Shown here piece by piece: positions 12,653 to 26,470 of a stretch of DNA of 64,000 nucleotides (within the stretch, counting starts at the first letter, position 1; each line of letters starts with the position of its first letter). Origin of the DNA: Chrysomallon squamiferum (taxonomy: Eukaryota > Animalia > Mollusca). A program made the position numbers and the translations under genes. The notes beneath the pieces are model-generated. The model saw only the letters and a list, made by a program, of their open reading frames with translations, had not been told where the DNA came from and did no database searches. The stretch lies in contig CM022675.1 in assembly GCA_012295275.1 (NCBI GenBank), positions 12,400,001 to 12,464,000 of the forward strand, written 5' to 3'.

Positions 12653-14718
12653 ATACACATATAGAAAATACCTAAAGATATATACACATTCACATACACA
12701 TACATACATTTACAAATCACAGGTGTTTTTCAAAAATGAAAGTAAAACTGATTTATTCATTTATATTCAAAAAAAATAGTAATAATAAAAATAACAAAAT
12801 AATAAAAATTCCTATTATTAGATATAGCATGCATACATCATAATTCCTAATCTTAGACAAATAATAATGAATTCAAATAATAACAAACTGAAAATCATAA
12901 TTTTTGCTACAGTTACATTTGTCATTCTGCTTCATAAATTAGTCATAAAATGTCTCAAATATTGTAATAACAATACTTGAAAGTAAAACTTCAAAACAGA
13001 ATACAAAATGTATAAACTGGATTGAAACATCATTTTTATTATTTATGTCTGGACATTTAAAGTAATTAATTATAATAAAATTTATATTATTAATTACAAT
13101 TAAGTAATTTTGGATGTGTAAAATAATAATTATAATAAATTATAAATTTTTAACAAAGTAAGTTGTATAGTTTTAAATAAAAAATCAGTTTTACAGTTTT
13201 AATTAAAAACAAAAAGTATTTTCAAAAAGCTCTTAAAATTTGTTAGCAAACTATGAACTATCTAGAAGTTTTTGTTTGTGTGGGTGAGTTGATTTTTCAT
13301 TATTTCTGTTTATGTATGTTTCTTTGCAAAACAAAAAAATCCATTTATTGCTTGAATAAAATAATCTTTTTAAAATATTGATTATTTTTCTGAAAACAGT
13401 AATAAAAAAAACATAAGTGTATTGTATAGATTAGCTTTATGTAGCATATGCTTTATGTTCTGTAAATTATATTCTTAATATTTAAATTAAAAATATTGGA
13501 TTAAGAAATAACATTAATAATTTTAGTATAAATCATTAAATGGAAGTAATAATATTTTAATATAAATAATATTAGTTTAAAAAAATGGTAATAAATATAA
13601 TCAATTAATATAATGTTACAGCTCCTAAAAAACCATTCTGTGGTTATTTACTTCCTTCCTATTTTTTGTCTTCCCCTTCATGTGCACCCCCCCCCACCAA
13701 GAAACAAACAGTCTGACTGTCTGACTGTCAGTATATAATTTATTAACACTTGAGTGAAGGGTTGTTGTTTCTAAGCAGTTCTTGAGTTGGGTTCCTGTGA
13801 CTATTTTAAACACACAAAGAAAAAACATTCTCACCTGTTCAGAGAAACAGACAACCAGTTTAACTGAAACTACAGGTATAACACTATTTTGTTATTGTTT
13901 TTTATCTTAAAAGTTTAACAAGTCAATATCTGATACTCACTTAATAGTAATGATGATAAAAATGATAATGATGATGATGATAATGATAACAATGATGACA
14001 AAGAATTTGCCTATGACTACAATAACAGTGCATTGTTGAAACTTACAGTAGTAGTAATAATAGCAGTAGTACCAGAATAATAGTAGTAGTATTAGTAGTA
14101 CCAGCAATAATAGTAGTAGTACCAGCAATAATAGTAGTATTTGTAGTAGTTTTTGTAACTTCTGTAGTAGTAGTAGTAATAATAATAATAATAATAATAG
14201 TAAAATGTTTTAAACATCATCATCACTGGGGAACTGTTTAACACAGAGCAACCCTAAGAATATCAACTTACAGAAAGCTAGTAACTAATCATTGTTTACT
14301 GCACACGTGCTTGCCCATATTAATATCCCCCAGTTCACTGTGTTCAGTGTTTTGCAGATTCAGTTACTGTAGATGAGTGTAACACACACATACAAATACA
14401 TATGATACTACACGTTTAAGTACCAAACTCTGTGAGAGAAAGCTAGCAGTCATTTAGAATATGTTTAATTTTTTCTTTCTTTCTTTCCTTACTGCAGTGT
14501 GTAACAGAGAAAGGTATCTGTTATTTAGGATACTGTCTGTCATTTTCATTGTGTCTGTCTGTCTGTCTGTCTTTATCTTCCTATTTATAATAGAGATAAA
14601 ATATTACTAATTTAGAATATGTTTGACCTCTGTTTCTTGTCTTTTCTCTCTCTGTCTTTCTCTCTATCTCTGTCTTTTTTCTTTCTATTTCTGCCTCTCA
14701 TTTGTTTCATTTTTTATC

Positions 14719-14720
<2 letters not shown>

Positions 14721-14792
<72 letters not shown>

Positions 14793-14909
14793 CACCACAC
14801 ACATACACACCTAGTATACAGAATAGTTAACTGGTGGTTTATTAGACACCCCCCACCCCCACACACACACACACACACACACAGAATAGTTCACTGGTGG
14901 TTTATTAGA

Positions 14910-14950
<41 letters not shown>
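14721..14950. repeat. (CT)n and (CA)n tracts with a duplicated ~30-bp unique segment (ACAGAATAGTTAACTGGTGGTTTATTAGACA)
   Basis: Two near-identical copies at ~14818 and ~14881, each followed by (CA)n. Confidence 0.9.
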
Positions 14951-14951
<1 letters not shown>

Positions 14952-15242
14952 GATGTACTTCAGGTGTATCAGGTTACCTATTGTCTCAACATGTCTGATT
15001 GTCTGCCTGTCAGTATTCAGAGTAACAAGGATACTTTCTAGTGTGATTTTCTTGTGGAATGTTGACATGTAAACAAACCCAGTTTTGTTTTCTGTGTTTG
15101 TAGGTATCAGGTTACGTACACTGGGGAAGTTTGGTGATATATATATACATACTTTCAAAACAGTAGAGAACAGTTTCAATAACAGTCACAAGGTTAACTT
15201 GTTTAATGGTCACTTTTTATATCACAAACAAGATAAATACAA

Positions 15243-15350
15243 AGTACAGACATAGTCTTACACTGAAGTACATACATAGTCTTACACTGAAGTACAGACA
15301 TAGTCATACACTGAAGTACAGACATAGTCTTACACTGAAGTACAGACAGA
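15243..15350. repeat. 24-bp tandem repeat AGTACAGACATAGTCTTACACTGA, ~4.5 copies
   Basis: Directly visible. Confidence 0.9.
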
Positions 15351-18300
15351 GTCATGTACAAACTGCTTTCACATTTAAACACCAGAGGATAAGATAGACA
15401 CCCAGTCACATTTCATTAAACAACATACATACATACCACATACACACACACACACACATACACACATACACACACACACACATACACACACACACATACA
15501 CACACACACACACACATACACACACATACACACACACACACACACATACACACATACACACATACATACATACACACACACATCCACAGTAAGCTCATAG
15601 AATAATAGTTCTGTTATTTCTTTCACTAAATGCTTCTGTTCATTTTTTTATTAATTTATTTTTGATTTGATTTTATACTATTTTTATTTCATTTTATATT
15701 ATTTTTATTTTATTGACATTATCAGAATGTACTGATGCTGTTGATCAGTTAATATCAGTCACTTCATGTGTTAAATTCTTTAAAATGGCATAAAAAATAA
15801 TCTACATTTAATAGAATAATGGCTATTTAATTCATAAAAAACCCAACCCACACACAAAAAAATAAGTTTTGTAGTGAAAGTGAAACTGCTGTGCTGTTTT
15901 GCAGAAATTCAGTGTTTAAAACAACCACTGAATCATACACAAACAAAATATTTAAATGGAAAAAATGTCTACATAAGTTTTTAGAATGAGCAATAGTAAT
16001 ATGATGGGTAGATAGATAGATACAAACATATTAATATATATATATATTTTTTTTTTTAGCAAACTGAAAAATATCAAAACATTTTGAAAAGTCACCATTA
16101 AAGTTATTTAATAAATGTTTTATTATTATTACTGCTTTTGTTGTTGTTGTTGTTGCTGTTGTTTGCTTATCATGGCATACTGTATGTGTGTTTTATTTAT
16201 TTGTTTCATCATCAAAAATAATTTTCTTTTCTTTTTTCTTTTATAGATAAAATAAATTTAATAAAATGAATTTGTTCTTGTTTTACTGATTTTTTTTCTT
16301 TTGATATTTTTCTTTGCAACCAGGTGGATAACATTTTTGTAATTTTTTACATTTACTATTATTATGAAATTTTTTTTAAATTTTAACTTTTTGTAAAAGA
16401 AAATATATAAAAATAGCCGTTTAAAATATGTATTAGCTTTCAGTTATGAGGTCTTTTAAAAGGGATACATATTTTAGATATTATTTTTTTCACTGATAAT
16501 TTTAAAACAAAACCAAAACAAAATCCAAAATTAGAAGAAAAAAAAAAAAGAATAATTGTAACTTGTAAAAGATTCTTGTATCTGATGTTTGAAACGTTAA
16601 AGTTTTAAGGTAGTGATGTCTGACATGACAGTTTATCTGATTTGAAATCTCACCAAACCACCTGTTCATTCACACGTCAAGTCAAAACCAACAAAGCAGG
16701 TAATGACTGCTGATTTGCCGTGTCCATGAGTGATTTTATTTCTTCATTTTTTTTATCTCCCACTTCGCCGACTACAAAACGTTTTTGTTTAAAGGCGAGT
16801 TTTTTGATTAAAGTCTGGTCCCGCAGGATTTCAACCTCAACAGAAATAATAATCATTAAGAACGGATTTTGTTTTCATTATTTATTGCCTTTGTTCCAAC
16901 AGTCACTGGATGTGTGTGTGATCTATTGCTCAATCAGTGAGGAATTAGTCACGAATCTCTCATACTTCAGTGTCACATGTGCTTCCCTGTTGACCAGATT
17001 GAGACGTATGCACAGACCCTTTCCCCTGCAATCAGTCGCCAGGTGGAATGTGTTAATTATTCATCAGTTTGAAATACCTTGACTGGTAATCAAGCTGTTC
17101 ATCAGGTGTGTGTCATAATGAATTAATGAGTTGTTTAATGATGCGCATCGGGTTGATGAATATTAACACCGTAACTAAATGTTTAGCACTTGTAAATGTT
17201 TTAAAAGAATTTGGCAGAAGAAGAGCAGTGAAGTCATTCAGTGAAATGACAGTTGTAATTAATTTATCAGTTAATGCTGGTAATGTTTTATATTAGATTA
17301 TATAATTTGTGACTCATTCTTATTGATCTGTATAACACCAGGTACATACAGATTATAACACACACTCCACTGCTGAAAAAAAATAATCCAAAATCATTAA
17401 AACGTTTTTGTTTGTTTTCATCCTAGTTCATTTCTTCAGCATAAAATATATTCTCATTGATTCTTGGATTTTATTCAGTTTGTCTTTCCATCTGTAAGTT
17501 TTATTTTGCCCTTTAGAAAAATGTTCCTTCTGTCCATTCATCCATGCATTGATCAGCTTTATCAGTTTATCTGAACAATTTAGCATCAATGTATGCTATC
17601 TGTGTATGCTATCTGTGTGTGTCTGTGTATGCTATCTGTGTGTACTGTCTGTGTATGCTATCTGTGTGTACATCATCAACTTGGTCATCTTTTCTTCAGT
17701 CTGTTCAGCCAGTTTCAGTTTGCAGTATTTTTCTGTGCTTTTTTTACATGTTTTTGTAAACAGTTTTGATGTGTGAAGTCAACTTGAAATGATAGTGAAA
17801 GCATCCACTGAACTATTCTCAGACATTCTGTTCATCTGTTATTCTGTCTGTCCATCAGCTCACCTCATTACACAAATATTTTAAAATACATTTTCTACAA
17901 TAATTCATCCTTCTCAGCATTCCAGCAATCATCCATCTACACATCACAATATTACCATCCATCCATCCATCCATCCATCCATCCATCCATCTACCTGCAG
18001 TCTCATTGTTTCACCTGAACAGTGTAGGTAGGTGATGAGTCTGCACAGACTGAAGGTTACTGAGTGCAGCATCAGAAATTACTGAAGAATTATTGGAAAA
18101 GTTGATTGTTTGGTTTTCTTGTGGACAGCATCGCTAGCCGCAGCCTCGCAGATTTATGTATCTGTGTTTTTCTTCTAGATTAGTGTAGAATAATAGTAAA
18201 AATACAAGTTCATTTCCACACTTATATATTTGTCTTTTTGTCATTTTTGCAGAATAATAGAGTACTTTAGGAATAAGATCTTGGTTATATGAAAATTTTA

Positions 18301-19049
18301 TAGAATTTGTATTCACCACACAGAGTAAGTCTTCAGACTTAGATTCTTCTGTTTTTGTGGTTGTAGATTAATTCAAAACTTGAAAAACAGCCAGAATTTA
18401 GTAATATAAATTTTATTTTGTTTCTACATTTCAGTAGAATATGTCACTAGATCAAAACCTTCTTTAATATTCAGAAAAAATGTCTATTACCATAATGTTA
18501 TGTATTAAACCAGACAGCTAGAAATTATAGTTAATCTGTAAATTGATACTGTAAAATTTGTTTTAGTATCATTAACGTGTGTGTGTGTGTGTGTGTGTGT
18601 GTGAGTGTCTGTGAGTGTTGTGTGTGTATTGTGTGTGTATGTGTATGTATGTGTATATGTGTGTCTGTGAGTGTTGTGTGTGTATTGTGTGTGTATGTGT
18701 GTATGTGCATGTATGTGTATATGTGTGTCTGTGAGTGTTGTGTGTATGTTGTGTATGTGAGTGTTCAGTGTGTGTGTGTGTGTGTGTGTGAGTGTTGTGA
18801 GTGTTGTGTGTGTATGTGTCTGTGTGAGTGTTGAGTGTGTGTGTGTGTGTGTGTGTGTGTGTAACTTTGGTTATAACAGAAATTAGAATGCTAAGTTTTT
18901 GTTTAGTTTTCTGTGAATCAGGTTTTTACAACAATAAGGACAGATGTGTTCTTTGTATTCTTGTTTACTACGACATTGATATTTTACATCTCTGTCTTTT
19001 TACTTGCCTTTTTTATCTTGCTCATTCACATACTCTATATTTTTAACCT

Positions 19050-19206
<157 letters not shown>

Positions 19207-19259
19207 GTCTCACATAAAGTCACTAGAACAGGATAAGATAAAATTCTGCAGATCAGCTG

Positions 19260-19460
19260 AATATACTGTTCAGTTCAAATATGCTACTTGGTTCAAATAT
19301 ACTGTTCAGTTCAAATATACTACTTGGTTCAAATATACTGTTCAGTTCAAATATACTGTTTGGTTCAAATATACTACTTGGTTCAAATATACTGTTCAGT
19401 TCAAATATACTACTTGGTTCAAATATACTATTCAGTTCAAATATAATACTTGGTTCAAAT
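19260..19460. repeat. 18-bp minisatellite with two alternating variants (AATATACTGTTCAGTTCA / AATATACTACTTGGTTCA), a 36-bp higher-order unit
   Basis: Directly visible, ~11 monomers. Confidence 0.9.
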
Positions 19461-22026
19461 GTATTACCTGGAACAGACCAAACATTGTTACTCTGTTTCA
19501 CATAAATGTAACAGAATCAGCAAAACAGACTATAATGAAAATTTCTACCTGTACAAATTTAGTCAATTTTGTTTTAATATCAGAAGGTCACAGAAAACAT
19601 AATTCAGCGTGTAACTGATCTTTACACTTAGAACAATCACACAAATCATTTCAGTATGGCAGGACTGATACACAGAGATTAGAGAAACTGATTTTATAGA
19701 ACAAACTTTGTAGGTAAACAAGTGTGATGTTTGCATTTAGTTTATTTTGGTCAGTTTAATGCAGCTCAGAATCTATTTTCGAATTTAGAACAAACATGTT
19801 CATTGTCTTGTTACAGTGAGATGTACTATGAGAATAAAATAACTGGAAAAAAAGATTATAAGGCAAACTATGTAAAAAGTAAGTTTAAACATCTGAGTAA
19901 TAGAACAGAATCAATCATCAGGCATTATTCACATGATATCCATGAGAAAGAATAGTACAATACATTATACCTTTTTTATTTTTAAATTATATTGAAAAAT
20001 TTGTTTAATTTTTATTTGTCATTTGAATATATAATTCATTTTAAAACCAGTCTTGAAGAGATAATATTATTATGTGTATAATGAGTAAGAAGGTAATATA
20101 TACATGTGTGTTTATATAGGTATGTGTATAAGTGTGAGTGTGTGTATGTGTATATGTGTGTGTGAGTGTATAGGTATGTGTATGTGTGTGTGTGTGTGTA
20201 TGTGTGTATATGTATGTGTGTGTATATGTGAGTGTATGTGTATGTGTGTGTATGTGTATGTGTGTGTATACCTACCTTAATTTTATAAGTATTTAACAGA
20301 TATTTTCAGGTAAATTGTAACATAATATTTATTTTCTGAATGCTAGATAATTAATTCCAAATACAACTACAGACATTAAGCCTACACAGACATATAGACA
20401 CACACACACACACACACATACACATACATGCACACAAACAAAAACCACTTCTGTCACTGAATATACAACAGAGGAAATGAGAACCACTTCAAAAAGTCAG
20501 TAACGTTTTTATTTTCAAAATCCTTTGATGTTCTGCTTACATTAATAACACAGCCCTTGTAAGACCAAGAAGTGCCATTTAAAAAACTAACTAATGTTAT
20601 AATAACACGAACACTCTTACATTAACAGATGAATTTGAAAGTAAACCAACTCTTAGTTGTCTTCTATCAGTTAATATCAGTTCTGCTGTCATTTAGTTTT
20701 TATTTTATGACAGTCAAGAACTATCCAGCATCAAGGTCATGACCATAACAAGCATACTTGAATCTTTGATTGTATCCACTAAGACTTTCAGCTACTTTTG
20801 TAACTTCTTTCATCAACTTTCCACCATAAATAAATTCACAATATATTATCCTTTCTTTTGTTTTCATTTTCTGAAAAGAAGTATTCAGTATAATTAAGAA
20901 AAAAGTTATGCTTGATACTAAACAATTTCTTTTACTTTAATTTTATGAAAAATGCAGACATACATGATCATTATTTAATAAAAGAACGAATCCATTTAAC
21001 ATTTGTCAAACATCAAAAGTGATGATTCAGAGAAAGACACAACTTCATTGGCTACTCTTGCTGATCAGCAGTAATGAAATTATTTTGTATGTACCTACCC
21101 ATATACAGGAAAACACTAGTTTCATGACTGGAGTAATAAGCAGTTACATGATGAAGTTTGAATCACGTCTTGGATGAGATCTCTAACCACCAACCGCTCC
21201 TCACCTGTCTGAACAAAGTAAGCCAAGAACTGACCCCCAGGGCTGTGCTTGCTTCAACCAGTTGTTTATGAAAAGCTAATATTACCAGAAGCAGTTTCAA
21301 TGACAGTCTCATAAAGACTAAATAAATGACTGAATATGTCAATTACAGGTGTGTTTACAAAAGTCAAATTCTTTTTTAAAGCCTCTTATGTTTGCGATTA
21401 CTCTACTTTGTCACGGGTGAGCGATTCACTACACAGATTGCGACAGATCCCGAACGAAAAAGTGATGTTTCAGTGCAGAGCACGTTTCACAGAGGTTGGC
21501 CATTTGTCTGCAGAAATATGACTGTAATGTTTGTTCAATTAATATTTGCCTTCACTTGAATATTTGAGCTTCACCTCCTTAATGTGCTATATAAATAAAT
21601 ATTTGAATTGTAGTGTTTTAGCATGAATATTTGAGTTACAGTGCCATAAAATGTGAATCTTTGAGTTCAGTCCTTTATTGTGATATATGAATGAATATCC
21701 AGTTCCAACCTTCTGACCCAAGCTCTTTGAATCAAGAGTTTGTTAGATGTCGGATATATTGTCAGAATGGGAAACCTCAGTTAAAGACTGTCTATACCAA
21801 CCTGTGTGTGTGATTTAGTACCTGGAAGAAATAAGGAGCAGTAGTTGGATTGGGTAAATATGAGAGTAAAACTGAGGACTTTTCATATATAAAATAAGTC
21901 ATCAGGTTAAGGAGCAGTTGCCTAGAATGGGTAAAAAGTAATACATGGTGTAGCTGCTTGAGAGCAGAGTCTAGAATGGTCAAAACAAAGCAGAGACTGT
22001 GATTGGAACTTTCTGTTTAAAGAATT

Positions 22027-22408
22027 GCTGTGTAGTTGTAGAGCTGAGCTGTGTAGTTGTAGAACTAAGCTGTGCAGTTGCAGAACTAAGCTGTGCGGTT
22101 GCAGAACTAAGCTGTGCAGTTGCAGAACTAAGCTGTATGGTTGTAGAGCTGAGATGTGTAGTTGCAGAACTAAGCTGTGTCATTGTAGAGCTAAGCTGTG
22201 TAGTTGTAGAACTAAGCTGTGTAGTTGCAGAACTAAGCTGTGTAGTTGCAGAACTAAGCTGTGTAGTTGCAGAACTAAGCTGTGTAGTTGCAGAACTAAG
22301 CTGTGCAGTTGCAGAACTAAGCTGTGTAGTTGCAGAACTAAGCTGTGCAGTTGCAGAACTAAGCTGTGCAGTTGCAGAACTAAGCTGTGTAGTTGTAGAA
22401 CTAAGCTG
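22027..22408. repeat. 21-bp minisatellite GCTGTGTAGTTGCAGAACTAA, ~18 copies
   Basis: Directly visible; explains the overlapping periodic ORFs at 21980-22513. Confidence 0.96.
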
Positions 22409-22984
22409 ATGTCTGCTGTGAAGTTTTGTAAGAAAGGTGTGTTACCTGACAGTACCTGTTTGCACCTGTCTGTGTTTGTCTCGCAGGTGACACTAATCAC
22501 TGACAGAAGCTGATAAACTGTGACTTATAAACTGTAAATCTTTTAATTGTTAGTCCGATGGGAGGGAATCTGGTGATAAAGTTGAAGGTGTTGGCGTGTT
22601 TGTGTTAAACGTGATAACACAGACAGCTTGTGTGTCAGCACTTGCTACAAGTGATGCTTGTAGAAATTACGATGTTAGAGAAACAAAGACACTGAGATAA
22701 TGATGATAATGATAAAATTAAAATAATAAAATAACACACACCAGCTTCTCTGAAAATCAATAATTAGTGATTTAGATTTATTTCATTTGTACTGTAATAA
22801 AATAAATGTGACAAGATTAATTCCAGAATTTGTTTCTTTTAATGTTAGTTTTGATTCAGCCATGTCAAAAAAAAAAAAATTAATAATAAAACTATAAAAA
22901 ATAAAAATAAAATAATTGTTTGATATCATGAATATTAATAGAATTGTGCAGAATGGTTCACAGCTCAATGATACATCACCCACT

Positions 22985-23192
22985 GAATGACAGGTCTAAC
23001 AAAGGTTGTGGCATGTACTGTCCTGTCTATGGGATGGTGCTTATAAAAGATTCTTTGCTGCTAACTGGAAGGAGTAGTCATGTTATGAAACAGCAGGTTT
23101 CCTCTCTCACAGATTAAATGATCCTTACCTACATCTTGAGCTGAATAGTAAATAAAATGTCCAGAATGAGTGATTAAACAAGTTTTTTCCTT
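22985..23192 (+). mobile_element. Decayed tRNA-derived SINE body and 3' tail (Meta-domain-like family)
   Basis: GACAGGTCTAACAAAGGTTGTGGCATGTACTGTCCTGTCTATGGGATGGTGCTTATAAAAGATTCTTTGCTGCTAA...CAGCAGGTTTCCTCTCTC. Related segments recur at ~31.1, 36.5 and 56.0 kb. Family assignment is from memory and needs a library search. Confidence 0.7.
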
Positions 23193-24619
23193 TGTATTAA
23201 TGGATGATATGAAACTATAATAAATAAATAATGAAACGATTATAAAAAAAACTAGATGTTATAATTTATTTATTATTAATACTATTTTTTATTTTTATTT
23301 TTTGCTTTAAAGTCTATAAGAGAAATATTGACTTACATGTTTTATGAACTGAGAGTTATTTTTGTAGACATTACAGTATTGTGTGTGTTTATGACTAGCT
23401 AAATGTCTGGTGTTGTTGTTGTTGAATTTTCTTTTATTATCAGACGACTGCAACACATCCTGGTTTTAAATATCCAGCCACCGACCGAACATTGTTTAAA
23501 TACTTGTATTATTCTTGTTAACATGTAAACATCTGGTTTGAAAAGTAACAGTTATATCGTTCAAAAAAATTTGTCGTATTATCAAAATTTACTAATTTGA
23601 AAATAAAAATCTATTAATTATATACCTTGATTTTTTTTCAGAATTATTTTGTTTTCTGACACTGATGTTAAATACACCTTTTTTAAAAACTTTTGAAACT
23701 TAGATCAAATCCAGTAACATTTTTTGTTCTGACACTGATATTAAATATTTATTTTTAATTAAAAATATATTTTATACAAAAATTAAAGAAAATGTCTGAA
23801 AAGGTTACTGAAATTTTTACTGACACTGATATTTTACTATTTTAAGAAAACAAATCTGATTATTTTTTAAATGTTTTCTCAAAATCGTTATCAAGATTTT
23901 CTTCTGATAATCATACTAAAACTCTTTTCATTATCATTTTTTTAATCTTAGAACATTAGCTTCAGATACCATCCTATTTTTTCTGTCTCTCAACAGTTCT
24001 CAAAAGATTTTCAGATAGTTTTTTAAATGTCATCCTTTTATTTTTTACTTTTTTGACACTTTTTTATTTCAAAAAAGAAAATAATTACAATAATTACCAC
24101 ACACAGACATATGTACATACAAACACACCCACACACACACACACACACATACACAGACCCATGGACACACACACACACACACACACACAGATATTCAGAC
24201 ACACACACAGATATACAGACACACACAGATATGTATACATACAGACACACTCATACACACACAGATATACAGACACACACACACACAGATATACAGACAC
24301 ACACACAGATATGTATACATACAGACACACACACACAAATCCATGGACACAAACACATAAACAAATATGTATACTTTAAACAAAACTTGTTTTTTAAAAA
24401 GACTGAAGAGGAAGCAAGGTGTTATCTACATTTTAATACGAGTTTTCCATTGTGGAGCAATCATGTTAAAAACCTCAGTTATCTCACATGTTACACGACC
24501 CACTCAGGACACATGGGAAGTCTTCATCTGATAGCTCAGCAAACAGGAGATGATGTAACGAAACCCGAGCAGTCAGACCAGAAACATCTCCACCTGACAC
24601 ACAGAAATCAGCTGACTAA

Positions 24620-25381
24620 CCACTGGTTTAAAGTCATGGATTAGAGTATCTAAATTACCCACTGGTTTAAAGTCATGGATTAGAGTATTTAAATCACCCA
24701 CTGGTTTAAAATCATGGATTAGAGTATTTAAATCACCCACTGGTTTAAAGTCATGGATTAGAGTATCTAAATTACCCACTGGTTTAAAGTCATGGATTAG
24801 AGTATCTAAATCACCCACTGGTTTAAAGTCATGGATTAGAGTATTTAAATCACCCACTGGTTTAAAGTCATGGATTAGAGTATTTAAATCACCCACTGGT
24901 TTAAAGTCATGGATTAGAGTATTTAAATCACCCACTGGTTTAAAGTCATGGATTAGAGTATTTAAATCACCCACTGGTTTAAAGTCATGGATTAGAGTAT
25001 TTAAATCACCCACTGGTTTAAAGTCATGGATTATAGTATTTAAATCACCCACTGGTTTAAAGTCATGGATTAGAGTATTTAAATCACCCACTGGTTTAAA
25101 GTCATGGATTATAGTATTTAAATCACCCACTGGTTTAAAGTCATGGATTAGAGTATTTAAATCACCCACTGGTTTAAAGTCATGGATTAGAGTATTTAAA
25201 TCACCCACTGGTTTAAAGTCACTGGATTAGAGTATTTAAATCACCCACTGGTTTAAAGTCATGGATTAGAGTATTTAAATCACCCACTGGTTTAAAGTCA
25301 TGGATTATAGTATTTAAATCACCCACTGGTTTAAAATCATGGATTAGAGTATTTAAATCACCCACTGGTTTAGAATCATGG
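24620..25381. repeat. 39-bp minisatellite CCCACTGGTTTAAAGTCATGGATTAGAGTATTTAAATCA, ~19 copies, with degenerate copies to ~25530
   Basis: Directly visible; produces the periodic 211-aa minus-strand ORF. Confidence 0.97.
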
Positions 25382-26185
25382 GTGCCCTACATAAACCAAC
25401 TGTTTAATATTACAGACTAGGATATATGAATAACCCTGTTGTTTAAAATGGGTTTGGGTGGGTGTCCTGTATAACCCAACTGGTTACTATTATGGACTAG
25501 GGTGGGTATTCTAGATAACTCTGGTGTTTATGGGTTGAGTTTAAAATTCAAGCCTTTGGTGTAGGCTGGAGTTGAACCTAAAGCCTATCAGTCTCATATC
25601 ATTAGCTGAGAGAGGAACTGAACTCAGTACTGTCAGACCATAGACTTGGATAAAAGAACAACCATGTCTGATTGGTTACCAACTTAATCTGAAAACTGTG
25701 CTAATCATGAGATTAGTATTAGGCAGGAGCTGAGCCAGTTGTCTCTCTAACCACTAGCTTAGACAGGATTTGAACTCACAACCTGTCAAACTATTAACTC
25801 AGACTGGATTTTAAAAAGCAATTACCTAAGCATGAAAGCTGACAATGACATTCAACAGACACACAAAGTCTGGAAGCACCTCTGAAAGAGATCGGTTTAA
25901 AACTATTTTTAACACCTTTTCCTTAACCTACAGACAAACAGAGAAAAGAAAGAACATGATCATCTTAGCCCTAATTCTCTGTAGTTTCTCACTTAATCTC
26001 ATTGCTGTGTATATTTCTGGGAAGAGAATGAGGTTATGGAGGTGAATAAGTGGGAAAACTTTGTGTTTCTCAGTTAGCTAGATTCACTTGATGACACCTA
26101 ATCAGAGATCAGACTGGATGAAGATGTTCTGTGTGATTAGTGTCCACACTGAGACAAACACTGCTTGGTTCCTGCAGAGAGAGAG

Positions 26186-26228
<43 letters not shown>

Positions 26229-26382
26229 GAGACAGAGAGACAGAGCAAGCTGTGAAATACCTGAACACATCAAATTAGAAATTAGCAAGCTGCTGTGTTG
26301 ATTATTTTGTTCACTTAAAAACAATGATGTGAACCTGAGGAACATGTGTTCAAATGTTTATGTGGTCTGTCATAAACAGTAT

Positions 26383-26470
26383 ACATATACTGTCAGAATG
26401 TACACATACATATACTGTCAGAATGTACACATACATATACTGTCAGAATGTACACATACATATACTGTTA
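26383..26470. repeat. ~27-bp tandem repeat CATATACTGTCAGAATGTACACATACA, ~3 copies
   Basis: Directly visible. Confidence 0.85.

Noticed and set aside
14498-14513. 16-nt microexon (TGCAG|TGTGTAACAGAGAAAG|GTATCT)
   Set aside because: Weak donor, not frame-preserving, and such acceptor-like sites are frequent by chance in T-rich introns.
21980-22513. Cys-rich or heptad-repeat ORFs (KLCSCRT, VAELSC)
   Set aside because: Several frames on both strands are open simply because the unit is 21 bp; no sign of coding constraint.
24573-25208. 211-aa minus-strand ORF (GDLNTLIHDFKPV)n as a repeat protein
   Set aside because: Product of a 39-bp minisatellite. It has a non-ATG start, a 1-bp insertion near 25221 breaks the frame, and there is no evident exon structure.
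25560-25800. Reverse-complement tRNA/SINE head fragments (GGATTTGAACTC, GGAGTTGAACC)
   Set aside because: Too short and degenerate to define an element without a library search.
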